Positions 1-8,155 of a stretch of 64,000 nt of DNA are shown here, piece after piece. Source of the DNA: an uncultured Atopobium sp. GTDB lineage: Bacteria; Actinomycetota; Coriobacteriia; Coriobacteriales; Atopobiaceae. Below the pieces are notes generated by a model, which ran no database searches, was not told the DNA's origin, and was given only the letters and a program-made list of their open reading frames with translations. Made by a program: the position numbers and the translations under genes. The stretch spans positions 21,849 to 85,848 of the forward strand of contig CALFOQ010000028.1 in NCBI GenBank assembly GCA_937921235.1, given 5' to 3'. Every line of letters begins with the position of its first letter. The first letter of the stretch is position 1.

Positions 1-1
1 A

Positions 2-232
2 CGCCTTAATCCAACTGAGGTTCTTGGTTATCCGGTGCACAGGCTGACTGGAGCAGAATACAAATGTGTTGAGGTTGGAAAGCGTTTTGGTATTCCAGAA
101 GATCTTTCTGAGGTTGCTCATAACTCGCTGGTCAGCCTTGTGTGGAATGATGCTCTTGTGGGAATTTGGTCAAGGCAGGGCTCCTGTCTTGTCTGCCAGA
201 CAAACTTTTCTCAAGGTATTTTGTGTAAGTAA
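2..232 (+). CDS. truB: tRNA pseudouridine(55) synthase TruB, C-terminal fragment (5' end outside window)
   Basis: The frame is open from position 2 to TAA at 230-232. The tail ...GYPVHRLTGAEYKCVEVGKRFGI...SLVSLVWNDALVGIWSRQGSCLVCQTNF resembles the TruB C-terminal PUA-like region. truB directly upstream of ribF is a conserved arrangement. Confidence 0.5.
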   Translation, partial: RLNPTEVLGYPVHRLTGAEYKCVEVGKRFGIPEDLSEVAHNSLVSLVWNDALVGIWSRQGSCLVCQTNFSQGILCK

Positions 233-241
233 GGATGCACG

Positions 242-1279
242 TTGAACAAGGTAGAACGCATAGCACAATCCGTTTTGTATGGAAGTGAGTTGCCGGCTCC
301 ACGTGAGCTTGGTGATGCCGACTTCTATACATTGCGTTCTGACTGCTACATGCAACCTTGCGTGTGCGTGCTTGGTGTCTTTGATGGACTTCATGAGGGC
401 CACCAAGGGCTTCTCGCCAGCGCAAAAAAGGACGCCGAAGCTCGCAATGTACCACTTGTGGCTGTGACGTTTTTACCAGACCCTGTTGAGGTGCTGTTTG
501 ATGGATCACCTCGGCGGTTGCTCTCGGGAGAAGATAGACTTCGCGCGCTTGCCGCATGGGGAGTGGACGGCATCTTGGTGCACCACTTTACCCGCGAGTT
601 TGCGGCATTGAGCGCTACTCAATACGTTGAGGACAAGCTGCTTCCAAGTGTTTCGGCTGTATCCGTTCATGTGGGTTCTGACTTTGGCCTGGGCGCACAA
701 GGAGCTGAAGGAAGCGCGTTGCTCACCTCGCTTGGGCATAAGCATGGCTTTGAAGTTCACGCCCATGAGCTCTTTTGCTCAGGTGGACAGAAAATCTCTG
801 CAACTCGTATTAGGGACTTGCTTGAGCAGGGTAAAGTTGAGGAAGCGGCAAGTCTGTTGGGTCGCTGGCACTTTGTGAGTGGCGTAGTCAAGCACGGTCG
901 TGGTCAGGGCACCGGCTTTGGTTTTCCTACGGCAAACGTCGCGCTTGACCTGCATGATTGCATTCCTCAAGACGGCGTGTATGCGTGCTATGTGGTCCAT
1001 GGCGCAACAGCTTGGCCTGCTGCGGTTAATGTGGGAAAAGCGCCTTCATTTGAGTCTCAAACAGGACCTTTGCTTGAGGCAAATCTTCTAGGTTTTAGCG
1101 GTAACTTATATGATTCAGAGGTTCAGACGGTATTTGTGAAGAGACTGAGGGAATCTAAAAAATTTGATTCGCTGGAAGACCTCAAGCAAGCCGTTCGTGG
1201 AAATATAGATTGGGTAGCCCAGAATCTGGGTACGACTTCATATAACTTAGAAAGCGGGGAGGTGGAAGATGATAACTGA
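242..1279 (+). CDS. ribF: bifunctional riboflavin kinase / FMN adenylyltransferase
   Basis: 345-aa ORF. It has the N-terminal nucleotidyltransferase motif GVFDGLHEGHQ and a C-terminal riboflavin-kinase region (GRGQGTGFGFPTANV...LEANLLGFSGNLYD). The track start is TTG at 242; the internal ATG at 350 is an alternative start. Confidence 0.9.
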   Translation: MNKVERIAQSVLYGSELPAPRELGDADFYTLRSDCYMQPCVCVLGVFDGLHEGHQGLLASAKKDAEARNVPLVAVTFLPDPVEVLFDGSPRRLLSGEDRLRALAAWGVDGILVHHFTREFAALSATQYVEDKLLPSVSAVSVHVGSDFGLGAQGAEGSALLTSLGHKHGFEVHAHELFCSGGQKISATRIRDLLEQGKVEEAASLLGRWHFVSGVVKHGRGQGTGFGFPTANVALDLHDCIPQDGVYACYVVHGATAWPAAVNVGKAPSFESQTGPLLEANLLGFSGNLYDSEVQTVFVKRLRESKKFDSLEDLKQAVRGNIDWVAQNLGTTSYNLESGEVEDDN

Positions 1280-3251
1280 CGAAGATAAAGAGCGTGTAAG
1301 ACAGGCAACGGACTTTGTCACGCTTGTGTCAGAGACAGTTGAGCTTAAACCCCGAGGTCAGGACTATTGGGGATGCTGTCCCTTCCACCAAGAAAAAAGC
1401 CCCTCATTCAAGATAAACCCCTCCACAGGTCTTTGGCACTGCTTTGGTGCTTGCTCCGAGGGCGGAGACGTCTTCAGTTATGTCATGAAGCGAGAAAACC
1501 TGGATTTTCCCGATGCCATTAGATATCTTGCTGATAAAGCAGGCATTACGCTTTCTGAAGAGGCTCATGTTTCTAAGGGTCCCCGCAAGAATCGCTTAAT
1601 TGAGTGCCTTACCGAGGCCGAGAATTACTTCCACTCCATGCTTATGCGTGGAAGGGGAGAAGGTCCTGAAGCAGCTCGTAGTTATCTCTCTGGTCGTGGA
1701 TTTGGAGCAGCCGTCTGTAAGCGCTGGAAGCTGGGATATGCGCCTGGTAGAGGTGCACTTGTGGCGCACTTGCGCAAATGTGGCTTTACCACGCAAGAGA
1801 TGATTGCTGCCAACCTTGCCGTTGAGCGTAATGGTCGAATTAGCGACTGGTTCTATGATCGTGTGATGTTCCCCATTCATGATGAACAGGGAAGAACCAT
1901 TGCGTTTGGTGGTCGAATTACTAAAAAGGTAGAAAACGCTCCTAAGTACCTTAATACCAGGGATACTTCTGTCTTTAATAAAGGTAAACACCTCTTTGCC
2001 TACGATATTGCAAAAGAGACTATTGCTGCCCAGTCCGAAGCCATTATTTGCGAGGGCTACACTGACGTTATTGCCATGCATGAGGCCGGCTTCACTAACA
2101 CTGTGGCAGCTCTAGGTACCGCATTCACGTCTGAACACGTCAAGCTTATTGATCGCCAGCGTGCGCGCAAAATTATTTGCATGTTTGATGGCGATGCCGC
2201 AGGTCAACACGCTGCCGCACGTGCTATTAAATTTATCGATAAAACAACCGCTGCGTTTCTTTGCGTTGTTTTGCCCAATAATCAGGACCCCATGGAGTTT
2301 CTCGCCGAGTCTGGTGCAGAAAAACTGCGTCCTATCTTAGACTCCGCTCGTCCACTCATGGACTTTGTCTTTGATGCCACAACCGCGCAGTTTGACTTAT
2401 CCGTGCCTGGTGGTCGAGTCAAGGCGCTTGAGGCTCTAGCATCCTTATTGGCTCCACTCAAGACATCGGTACTTCTGAGCGAGTATGCACTTCGTGTGTC
2501 TGACCTGCTTCATATTGATGTTGAGGAAGCAAAGCGCGCAATTAAAGCTGCTCCTATTCAAGACGATACGTTGGATTCTCGTGCTTCAAAGGCAGCACGC
2601 AAACAGCCTCAGAAGAGTGCGGCTAACTCTTCGTACAACTCAAATTCCAAGACTTCAACGTATGTTGACGGTCCTTCATACGATGATGTCCCTCCATATG
2701 ACGAGGTTCCGCCATATGACGATCCATCTTCGTATGGTGCTCCTGCTGATGCTTATGTTTCGCACGGTTCGCAGGGTCTCTCCGCAGAAGATCGCAGGCA
2801 GGTTAACTCAGAGCTTGAGCTCTTAAGTGCTATGGCAACAAACTTGTCTTTGGTGCGAGAGTATCAAGACCGCATTGCAGACTTTGTGTGGGCCGATGCT
2901 CGCCATCAAACCATGGCATGGGCAATGCTTGCTACTCCAGAGGGCGCTACGCCAGCGCAGGTTGTTGCCGCGGCTGCGGCTGTTGAGCCAAATGCGGCAG
3001 CTATTCTTTCTTCTGGTCGCGTGATATCTGAGGGCAACTCTGATACACGTCGCTCGCTTGAGTTTATTGTGGACACTGTTGACTACTACTCGGTACAGCG
3101 TAAATTGCGAGAAATTCGATCAAATCTGCGCTCCAGTTCTTATGCAGGGGAGTCTTCTGACGGAACTCTAGCAGAAGAGCAGCTTGCCGCCGCACAAGCA
3201 CTTCAGACACGAGCGCTGGAGTTAGGTAAGAGGCTTACTTCGGGGCAGTAG
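1269..3251 (+). CDS. dnaG: DNA primase
   Basis: CHC2 zinc finger [26 protein letters not shown]. TOPRIM motifs [13 protein letters not shown] and FDGDAAG. 11-nt overlap with the ribF stop. Confidence 0.95.
   Translation: [660 protein letters not shown]
2673..2726 (+). repeat. three in-frame imperfect 18-nt tandem repeats inside dnaG (PSYDDV / PPYDEV / PPYDDP)
   Basis: Units are CCTTCATACGATGATGTC, CCTCCATATGACGAGGTT and CCGCCATATGACGATCCA, consecutive and in frame with dnaG. Confidence 0.8.
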
Positions 3252-3372
3252 AAAATACTCATTTTATGGGGATGCTACTCATCTGATTTTTTATAAATTA
3301 AAATGAGTAGTTTGATTAGGTAGAGAAACTTTTGGGTATAAAGATTTGCGCTAATCTATCGAAAGGATATTT

Positions 3373-4740
3373 GTGGCTGCAAAAAAGGCAAATGAAGAGG
3401 TCAAACTCTCAGATGAGCTTACTAAAATTGTTGATGATCTGGTAAGTTCTTCAAAGTCTAACGGTAGTATCAGCGAAGACGATATTCAGGTTGCTATTCG
3501 TGACGTTGACGTTAACGATGATGAGCTTTCTGATCTGTATGATTCGCTGCGCGTTAAAGGTGTAGAGATTACTACCGCATCTGAAGCAACCGTTTCTTTC
3601 GCCATTGAAGATGACGCCGTAGAGGATGATTTTTCATCCGATGATGACTTGGATGACTCATCTGATTTTGAAGATGAAGATGATGAAGATTTTGATGCCG
3701 TAAATGAGGCACGTGAGGTCAAAGAGGCTCTCCGCTCTGTTTCCAAGGCAAAAGTCTCCAAGCCAAAACGTTCTTCTCGCGCTCGTGCTCGTCGCTCAGA
3801 TACCACCACGGTTATGCTTACCGGCGATCCTGTCCGCATGTATCTTAAAGAGATTGGTAAGGTAGACCTGCTTACTGCATCAGAAGAGGTTCACCTTGCT
3901 ATGAAGATTGAGGCAGGTACTGCAGCTTCCCAGAAGCTGGAGGACTTTGAGGATGGCCTCATCGAGCTTAACCGCGCAGAGCAGCGCCGCCTTATGCGTA
4001 TTGAGTCTGTAGGACTTGACGCTAAGCAGCAGCTTATTTCTGCAAACCTTCGTCTTGTTGTCTCAATTGCAAAGCGCTATGTTGGCCGCGGTATGCTGTT
4101 CCTTGACCTTATCCAGGAAGGTAACCTGGGCCTTATTCGCGCTGTCGAGAAATTCGACTACACCAAGGGCTTTAAGTTCTCAACATATGCTACATGGTGG
4201 ATTCGCCAGGCAATTACCCGTGCTATTGCGGACCAAGCTCGTACCATTCGTATTCCTGTTCACATGGTAGAGACCATCAATAAGCTCATCCGTGTTCAGC
4301 GTCAGCTTCTGCAAGATCTTGGTAGAGATCCCTCTCCAGAAGAGATTGGCGCAGAAATGGGTATGTCTCCTGATCGCGTCCGCGAGATTCAGAAGATTAG
4401 CCAGGAGCCCGTCTCTCTTGAGACGCCTATTGGTGAAGAAGAAGATTCCCAGCTTGGAGACTTTATTGAGGACTCTTCAGCCGTTGCTCCACCAGATGCA
4501 GCTTCTGATTCAATGCTTCGTGAGCAGCTTGAGCAGGTTCTTGACGGCCTTGCTGATCGTGAGCGTAAGGTTATTAAGTTCCGCTTTGGTCTTGAGGACG
4601 GTCATCCTCGTACCCTTGAAGAGGTAGGCAAGGAGTTTGGCGTTACGCGTGAGCGTATTCGTCAGATTGAGTCCAAGACCTTGGCAAAGCTTCGTCATCC
4701 TTCTAGGTCCGGTCGTCTTAAGGACTACATGGAGGAGTAG
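3373..4740 (+). CDS. sigA: primary RNA polymerase sigma factor (sigma-70/SigA)
   Basis: Region 2 is [34 protein letters not shown]. Region 4.2 is [30 protein letters not shown]. Acidic N-terminal region, GTG start, dnaG-sigA synteny. Confidence 0.97.
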   Translation: MAAKKANEEVKLSDELTKIVDDLVSSSKSNGSISEDDIQVAIRDVDVNDDELSDLYDSLRVKGVEITTASEATVSFAIEDDAVEDDFSSDDDLDDSSDFEDEDDEDFDAVNEAREVKEALRSVSKAKVSKPKRSSRARARRSDTTTVMLTGDPVRMYLKEIGKVDLLTASEEVHLAMKIEAGTAASQKLEDFEDGLIELNRAEQRRLMRIESVGLDAKQQLISANLRLVVSIAKRYVGRGMLFLDLIQEGNLGLIRAVEKFDYTKGFKFSTYATWWIRQAITRAIADQARTIRIPVHMVETINKLIRVQRQLLQDLGRDPSPEEIGAEMGMSPDRVREIQKISQEPVSLETPIGEEEDSQLGDFIEDSSAVAPPDAASDSMLREQLEQVLDGLADRERKVIKFRFGLEDGHPRTLEEVGKEFGVTRERIRQIESKTLAKLRHPSRSGRLKDYMEE

Positions 4741-4806
4741 CTTCTTGGTTTAGGTATGCGGAAGATTGTGCAAGAGGAATTTGAATAAATTTTTTCTAAA
4801 TAATGC

Positions 4807-4835
4807 TTGCATGGTTTGGAATGTCTCTCTATACT
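4807..4835 (+). promoter_or_regulatory. candidate sigma-70 promoter for tRNA-Asn
   Basis: TTGCAT (4807-4812), a 17-nt spacer, then TATACT (4830-4835), about 27 nt upstream of the tRNA 5' end. Confidence 0.45.
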
Positions 4836-4861
4836 TAAACACCGCTGAGAAGCACACATAT

Positions 4862-4936
4862 TCCCCGATGGCGCAGCGGTAGCGCAGCTGACTGTTAATC
4901 AGCGTGTCGCAGGTTCAAATCCTGCTCGGGGAGCCA
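4862..4936 (+). tRNA. tRNA-Asn (anticodon GTT), CCA encoded
   Basis: Cloverleaf read by hand. Acceptor TCCCCGA pairs with TCGGGGA. D arm is GCGC-AGCGGTA-GCGC. Anticodon arm is GCTGA-CTGTTAA-TCAGC (GTT). T arm is GCAGG-TTCAAAT-CCTGC. Discriminator G followed by CCA. Confidence 0.93.
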
Positions 4937-4945
4937 GAATTTTCA

Positions 4946-4972
4946 AGACCAGGCAATACCTGGTCTTTTTTT
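4946..4972 (+). terminator. rho-independent terminator after tRNA-Asn
   Basis: Stem AGACCAGG / CCTGGTCT with loop CAATA, followed by TTTTTT. Confidence 0.8.
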
Positions 4973-5187
4973 GTAAGAAAAGCTGTCCTGCTTTTCTCGC
5001 ATTGCCAGCAGATTTTTATTCACAGATTTGAAGCGGACGATTTTCTCGATAACTTGGCCATTTGACCGCTTTTTCTTTATTTATCCTCAAAAACTTCAAA
5101 ATTGATACCGTAAAAGGTACAAAACATAACGCTTACGGTATTTCTACAACCGTTGAGCGACATCTCACAAAGAGCTGTGATGAGATT

Positions 5188-5201
5188 TGTTAACGTACTC
5201 A
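5188..5201. promoter_or_regulatory. LacI-type operator TGTTAACGTACTCA upstream of mglB
   Basis: The 14-mer is identical to the site at 14368-14381. It differs by one base from the reverse complement of the site at 14556-14569. It lies 33-51 nt upstream of the mglB start candidates. Confidence 0.6.
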
Positions 5202-5233
5202 TTAAGGTCAGTGTTATGCAAAAGGCATAACAA

Positions 5234-6535
5234 ATGAGAAAGGTCACTACTATGGATGTGTCTCGTCGCAGTTTTCTAAAGTTCTGTGGTCTAGGCGTTC
5301 TTAGCGTTGGTGGATCTAGCGTTCTTGCAGCTTGCGCTCCTAGCGAGAAAAAAGAGGAAGGCGCTAAAGGTGCAAAGGTAGAGAACAAGGATAAGCCTGT
5401 TGTTTTCTTCAACCGTCAGCCTTCTAACAGCTCAACCGGTGAGCTTGATACCAACACCCTTAACTTCAACAAGGACACCTATTACGTTGGCTTTGATGCA
5501 GTTCAGGGCGCAGAGCTCCAGGGTCAGATGGTTCTTGATTACATCAAGGCTCACGCAGCTGAGCTTGATCGTAACAAGGATGGCATCATTGGTTACGTTC
5601 TTGCAATTGGTGACATTGGTCACAACGACTCTATCGCTCGTACTCGTGGTGTCCGTAAGGCACTTGGTACTGGCATCGAGAAGGACGGCAAGATTATTTC
5701 TGATCCAGTAGGCACCAACACTGACGGCTCCGCTTCTGTTGTTCAGGACGGCAAGCTTGAGGTCGGCGGCAAGTCCTACACCATCCGTGAGCTTGCTTCT
5801 CAGGAGATGAAGAACACCGCTGGTGCAACATGGGATGCTGCAACCGCTGGTAACGCAATTGCTGCTTGGTCTTCTTCCTTCGGCGATCAGATTGATGTTG
5901 TTGTTTCCAACAACGATGGTATGGGCATGTCCATCTTCAACGCATGGTCAAAGGCTCAGAAGGTCCCAACCTTTGGTTACGACGCTAACTCTGACGCTGT
6001 TGCAGCTATTGCTGACGGCTATGCAGGCACCATTTCCCAGCACCCAGATGTTCAGGCTTACCTGACTCTCCGTCTGCTCCGCAACGCTCTTGACGGAGCT
6101 GATATCAACACCGGCATTGAGTCCGCAGACGATGCTGGCAACAAGATTGACTCCAAGGACTACAAGTATGTTGCAGAGCAGCGTTCTTACTACGCTCTCA
6201 ACCTTGCAGTTACCGCTGAGAACTACAAGGACAACCTTGACGCAACCACTACCTATCCAGAGGCTTCTAAGCAGCTGAGCGCAGACAAGCACCCAGAGAA
6301 GAAGGTTTGGCTCAACACCTACAACTCTGGCGACAACTTCCTTGGTTCAACCTATGTACCACTGCTCAAGAAGTATGCTCCATTGCTCAACCTCAACGTT
6401 GAGTTCATCGCAGGCGATGGCCAGACTGAGTCCAACATTACCAACCGTCTTGGCAACCCTGACGAGTACGATGCATTTGCATTCAACATGGTTAAGACCG
6501 ACAATGGTTCTTCCTATACCCAGCTGCTTAAGTAA
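5234..6535 (+). CDS. mglB: galactose/glucose ABC transporter substrate-binding lipoprotein (MglB-like)
   Basis: Signal RRSFLKF (Tat-like) plus lipobox VLAAC. Periplasmic sugar-binding-type sequence. First gene of an operon with an MglA-like ATPase and a permease. The probable true start is ATG at 5252, preceded by AGAAAGG. Confidence 0.8.
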   Translation: MRKVTTMDVSRRSFLKFCGLGVLSVGGSSVLAACAPSEKKEEGAKGAKVENKDKPVVFFNRQPSNSSTGELDTNTLNFNKDTYYVGFDAVQGAELQGQMVLDYIKAHAAELDRNKDGIIGYVLAIGDIGHNDSIARTRGVRKALGTGIEKDGKIISDPVGTNTDGSASVVQDGKLEVGGKSYTIRELASQEMKNTAGATWDAATAGNAIAAWSSSFGDQIDVVVSNNDGMGMSIFNAWSKAQKVPTFGYDANSDAVAAIADGYAGTISQHPDVQAYLTLRLLRNALDGADINTGIESADDAGNKIDSKDYKYVAEQRSYYALNLAVTAENYKDNLDATTTYPEASKQLSADKHPEKKVWLNTYNSGDNFLGSTYVPLLKKYAPLLNLNVEFIAGDGQTESNITNRLGNPDEYDAFAFNMVKTDNGSSYTQLLK

Positions 6536-6561
6536 TTAAGTAGTCGATAGCACGAAACAAT

Positions 6562-6592
6562 ACCGGAGGGGAGACACCTGCTCTCCTCCGGT
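6562..6592 (+). other. strong intercistronic stem-loop between mglB and mglA
   Basis: ACCGGAGGGGAG / CTCTCCTCCGGT forms 12 bp including one G-U pair, with loop ACACCTG. There is no U-tract, so it is not a classical terminator. Confidence 0.6.
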
Positions 6593-6640
6593 GTTCTCGC
6601 GAATAAGCGCAATAACTTAGCGAGATAAAGGGGTGATTAC

Positions 6641-8149
6641 ATGGCAGATACAGAAAACGATATCGTTCTAACTATTGATGGAATGAGCAAGTCCTTTGGA
6701 CGCAACCGTGTTCTGGATCATATTTCAATGAACGTACGCCGTGGAACCGTTATGGGTCTTATGGGAGAGAACGGCGCAGGCAAATCTACCATGATGAAGT
6801 GCCTGTTTGGTACGTATCAAAAAGATGAAGGCAAGATATTTCTTGACGGCAAAGAGGTTAGTTTCTCTGGACCAAAAGACGCACTTGAGAATGGCGTCGC
6901 AATGGTTCACCAGGAGCTTAACCAGTGCCTTGATAGAAATGTTGTAGATAACTTGTTCCTTGGTCGCTATCCCGTTAATGCAATGGGTGTTGTCGATGAG
7001 GGACGTATGAAAAAAGAGGCTAACGAGCTCTTCAGGCGTCTTGGTATGACCGTAGACCTGACACAGCCTATGAAGAACATGTCAGTATCTCAGCGTCAAA
7101 TGTGCGAGATTGCAAAGGCAATTTCTTACAACGCTAAGATTATTGTTCTTGATGAGCCTACTTCTTCACTTATGACCCAAGAGGTCGAGAAACTCTTCGA
7201 GATGATTCACATGCTCAAAGAGCAGGGAATTTCTTTGGTCTACATCTCTCACAAGATGGATGAGATCTTTGAGATTTGCGATGACATTTCAGTTCTTCGT
7301 GACGGTAAGCTTGTTATGACCAAGCGCTCAAATGAGACCAACATGAATGAGCTCATCTCGGCAATGGTCGGCCGCTCACTTGAGAATCGCTTCCCAGACG
7401 TTACTAACACACCTGGTAAGACATATCTTTCTATTCAGCACCTTTCAACTAAATATGAACCATACCTTCAGGACGTCACCTTTGATGTAAAGAAGGGTGA
7501 GATCTTTGGTCTGTATGGTCTTGTCGGCGCTGGTAGAACTGAGCTTCTGGAAACAATCTTTGGTGTAAGAACCAGAGCTGCCGGTCGTGTCTACGTCAAC
7601 GAGCACCTTATGAACTTCTCGACAGCTGCAGAGGCAATGGATCATGGTTTTGCCATGATTACCGAGGAGCGCAAGGCAAACGGCTTGTTCCTTAAGGGCG
7701 ACCTGACGTTTAACACAACCATTGCAAACTTGAACCAGTACAAGGCTGGTCCAATTCTTTCTGATCCTAAGATGACTAAGGCTACCGTCAACGAGCTCAA
7801 GGTTATGAATACCAAGGCTCAGGGTCCATCAGACTTGATTTCAAGTCTTTCTGGCGGCAACCAGCAGAAGGTCATTTTTGGTAAATGGCTCGAGCGCTAT
7901 CCTCAGGTTTTCCTGATGGACGAGCCTACTCGTGGTATTGATGTTGGTGCTAAATATGAGATCTACCAGCTCATTATTGATATGGCTAAGAGCGGTACCA
8001 CTATTATCGTAGTCTCTTCGGAGATGCCAGAGATTTTGGGAATTACCAACCGTATTGGCGTTATGTCCAACGGTAGACTCTCAGGCATCGTAAATACCAA
8101 CGAGACAAATCAAGAAGAACTCCTGCGCCTCAGCGCAAAGTACCTGTAG
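6641..8149 (+). CDS. mglA: galactose/methyl-galactoside ABC transporter ATP-binding protein (tandem ABC domains)
   Basis: Walker A GENGAGKST and signature LSGGNQQK. The N-terminal half (GENGAGKSTMMKCLFGTYQKDEGKIFLDGKEV...ALENGVAMVHQELN...LGRYP) closely follows E. coli MglA as I remember it. Confidence 0.9.
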   Translation: MADTENDIVLTIDGMSKSFGRNRVLDHISMNVRRGTVMGLMGENGAGKSTMMKCLFGTYQKDEGKIFLDGKEVSFSGPKDALENGVAMVHQELNQCLDRNVVDNLFLGRYPVNAMGVVDEGRMKKEANELFRRLGMTVDLTQPMKNMSVSQRQMCEIAKAISYNAKIIVLDEPTSSLMTQEVEKLFEMIHMLKEQGISLVYISHKMDEIFEICDDISVLRDGKLVMTKRSNETNMNELISAMVGRSLENRFPDVTNTPGKTYLSIQHLSTKYEPYLQDVTFDVKKGEIFGLYGLVGAGRTELLETIFGVRTRAAGRVYVNEHLMNFSTAAEAMDHGFAMITEERKANGLFLKGDLTFNTTIANLNQYKAGPILSDPKMTKATVNELKVMNTKAQGPSDLISSLSGGNQQKVIFGKWLERYPQVFLMDEPTRGIDVGAKYEIYQLIIDMAKSGTTIIVVSSEMPEILGITNRIGVMSNGRLSGIVNTNETNQEELLRLSAKYL

Positions 8150-8155
8150 GAGAGG

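Noticed and set aside
4991-5075. Possible degenerate extra copy of the 9987-10207 repeat element downstream of tRNA-Asn, based on shared words ACGATTTTC, TTTCTCGAT and TTTGAAG
   Set aside because: Only isolated 7-9-mers match, which is within chance expectation for a 64-kb window on both strands. The CACACCT…ATCTGCA core is absent.
5077-5412. 111-aa minus-strand ORF overlapping the mglB promoter and start
   Set aside because: It overlaps the operator/promoter region and the well-supported mglB signal peptide coding sequence. It has no RBS or domain signal.
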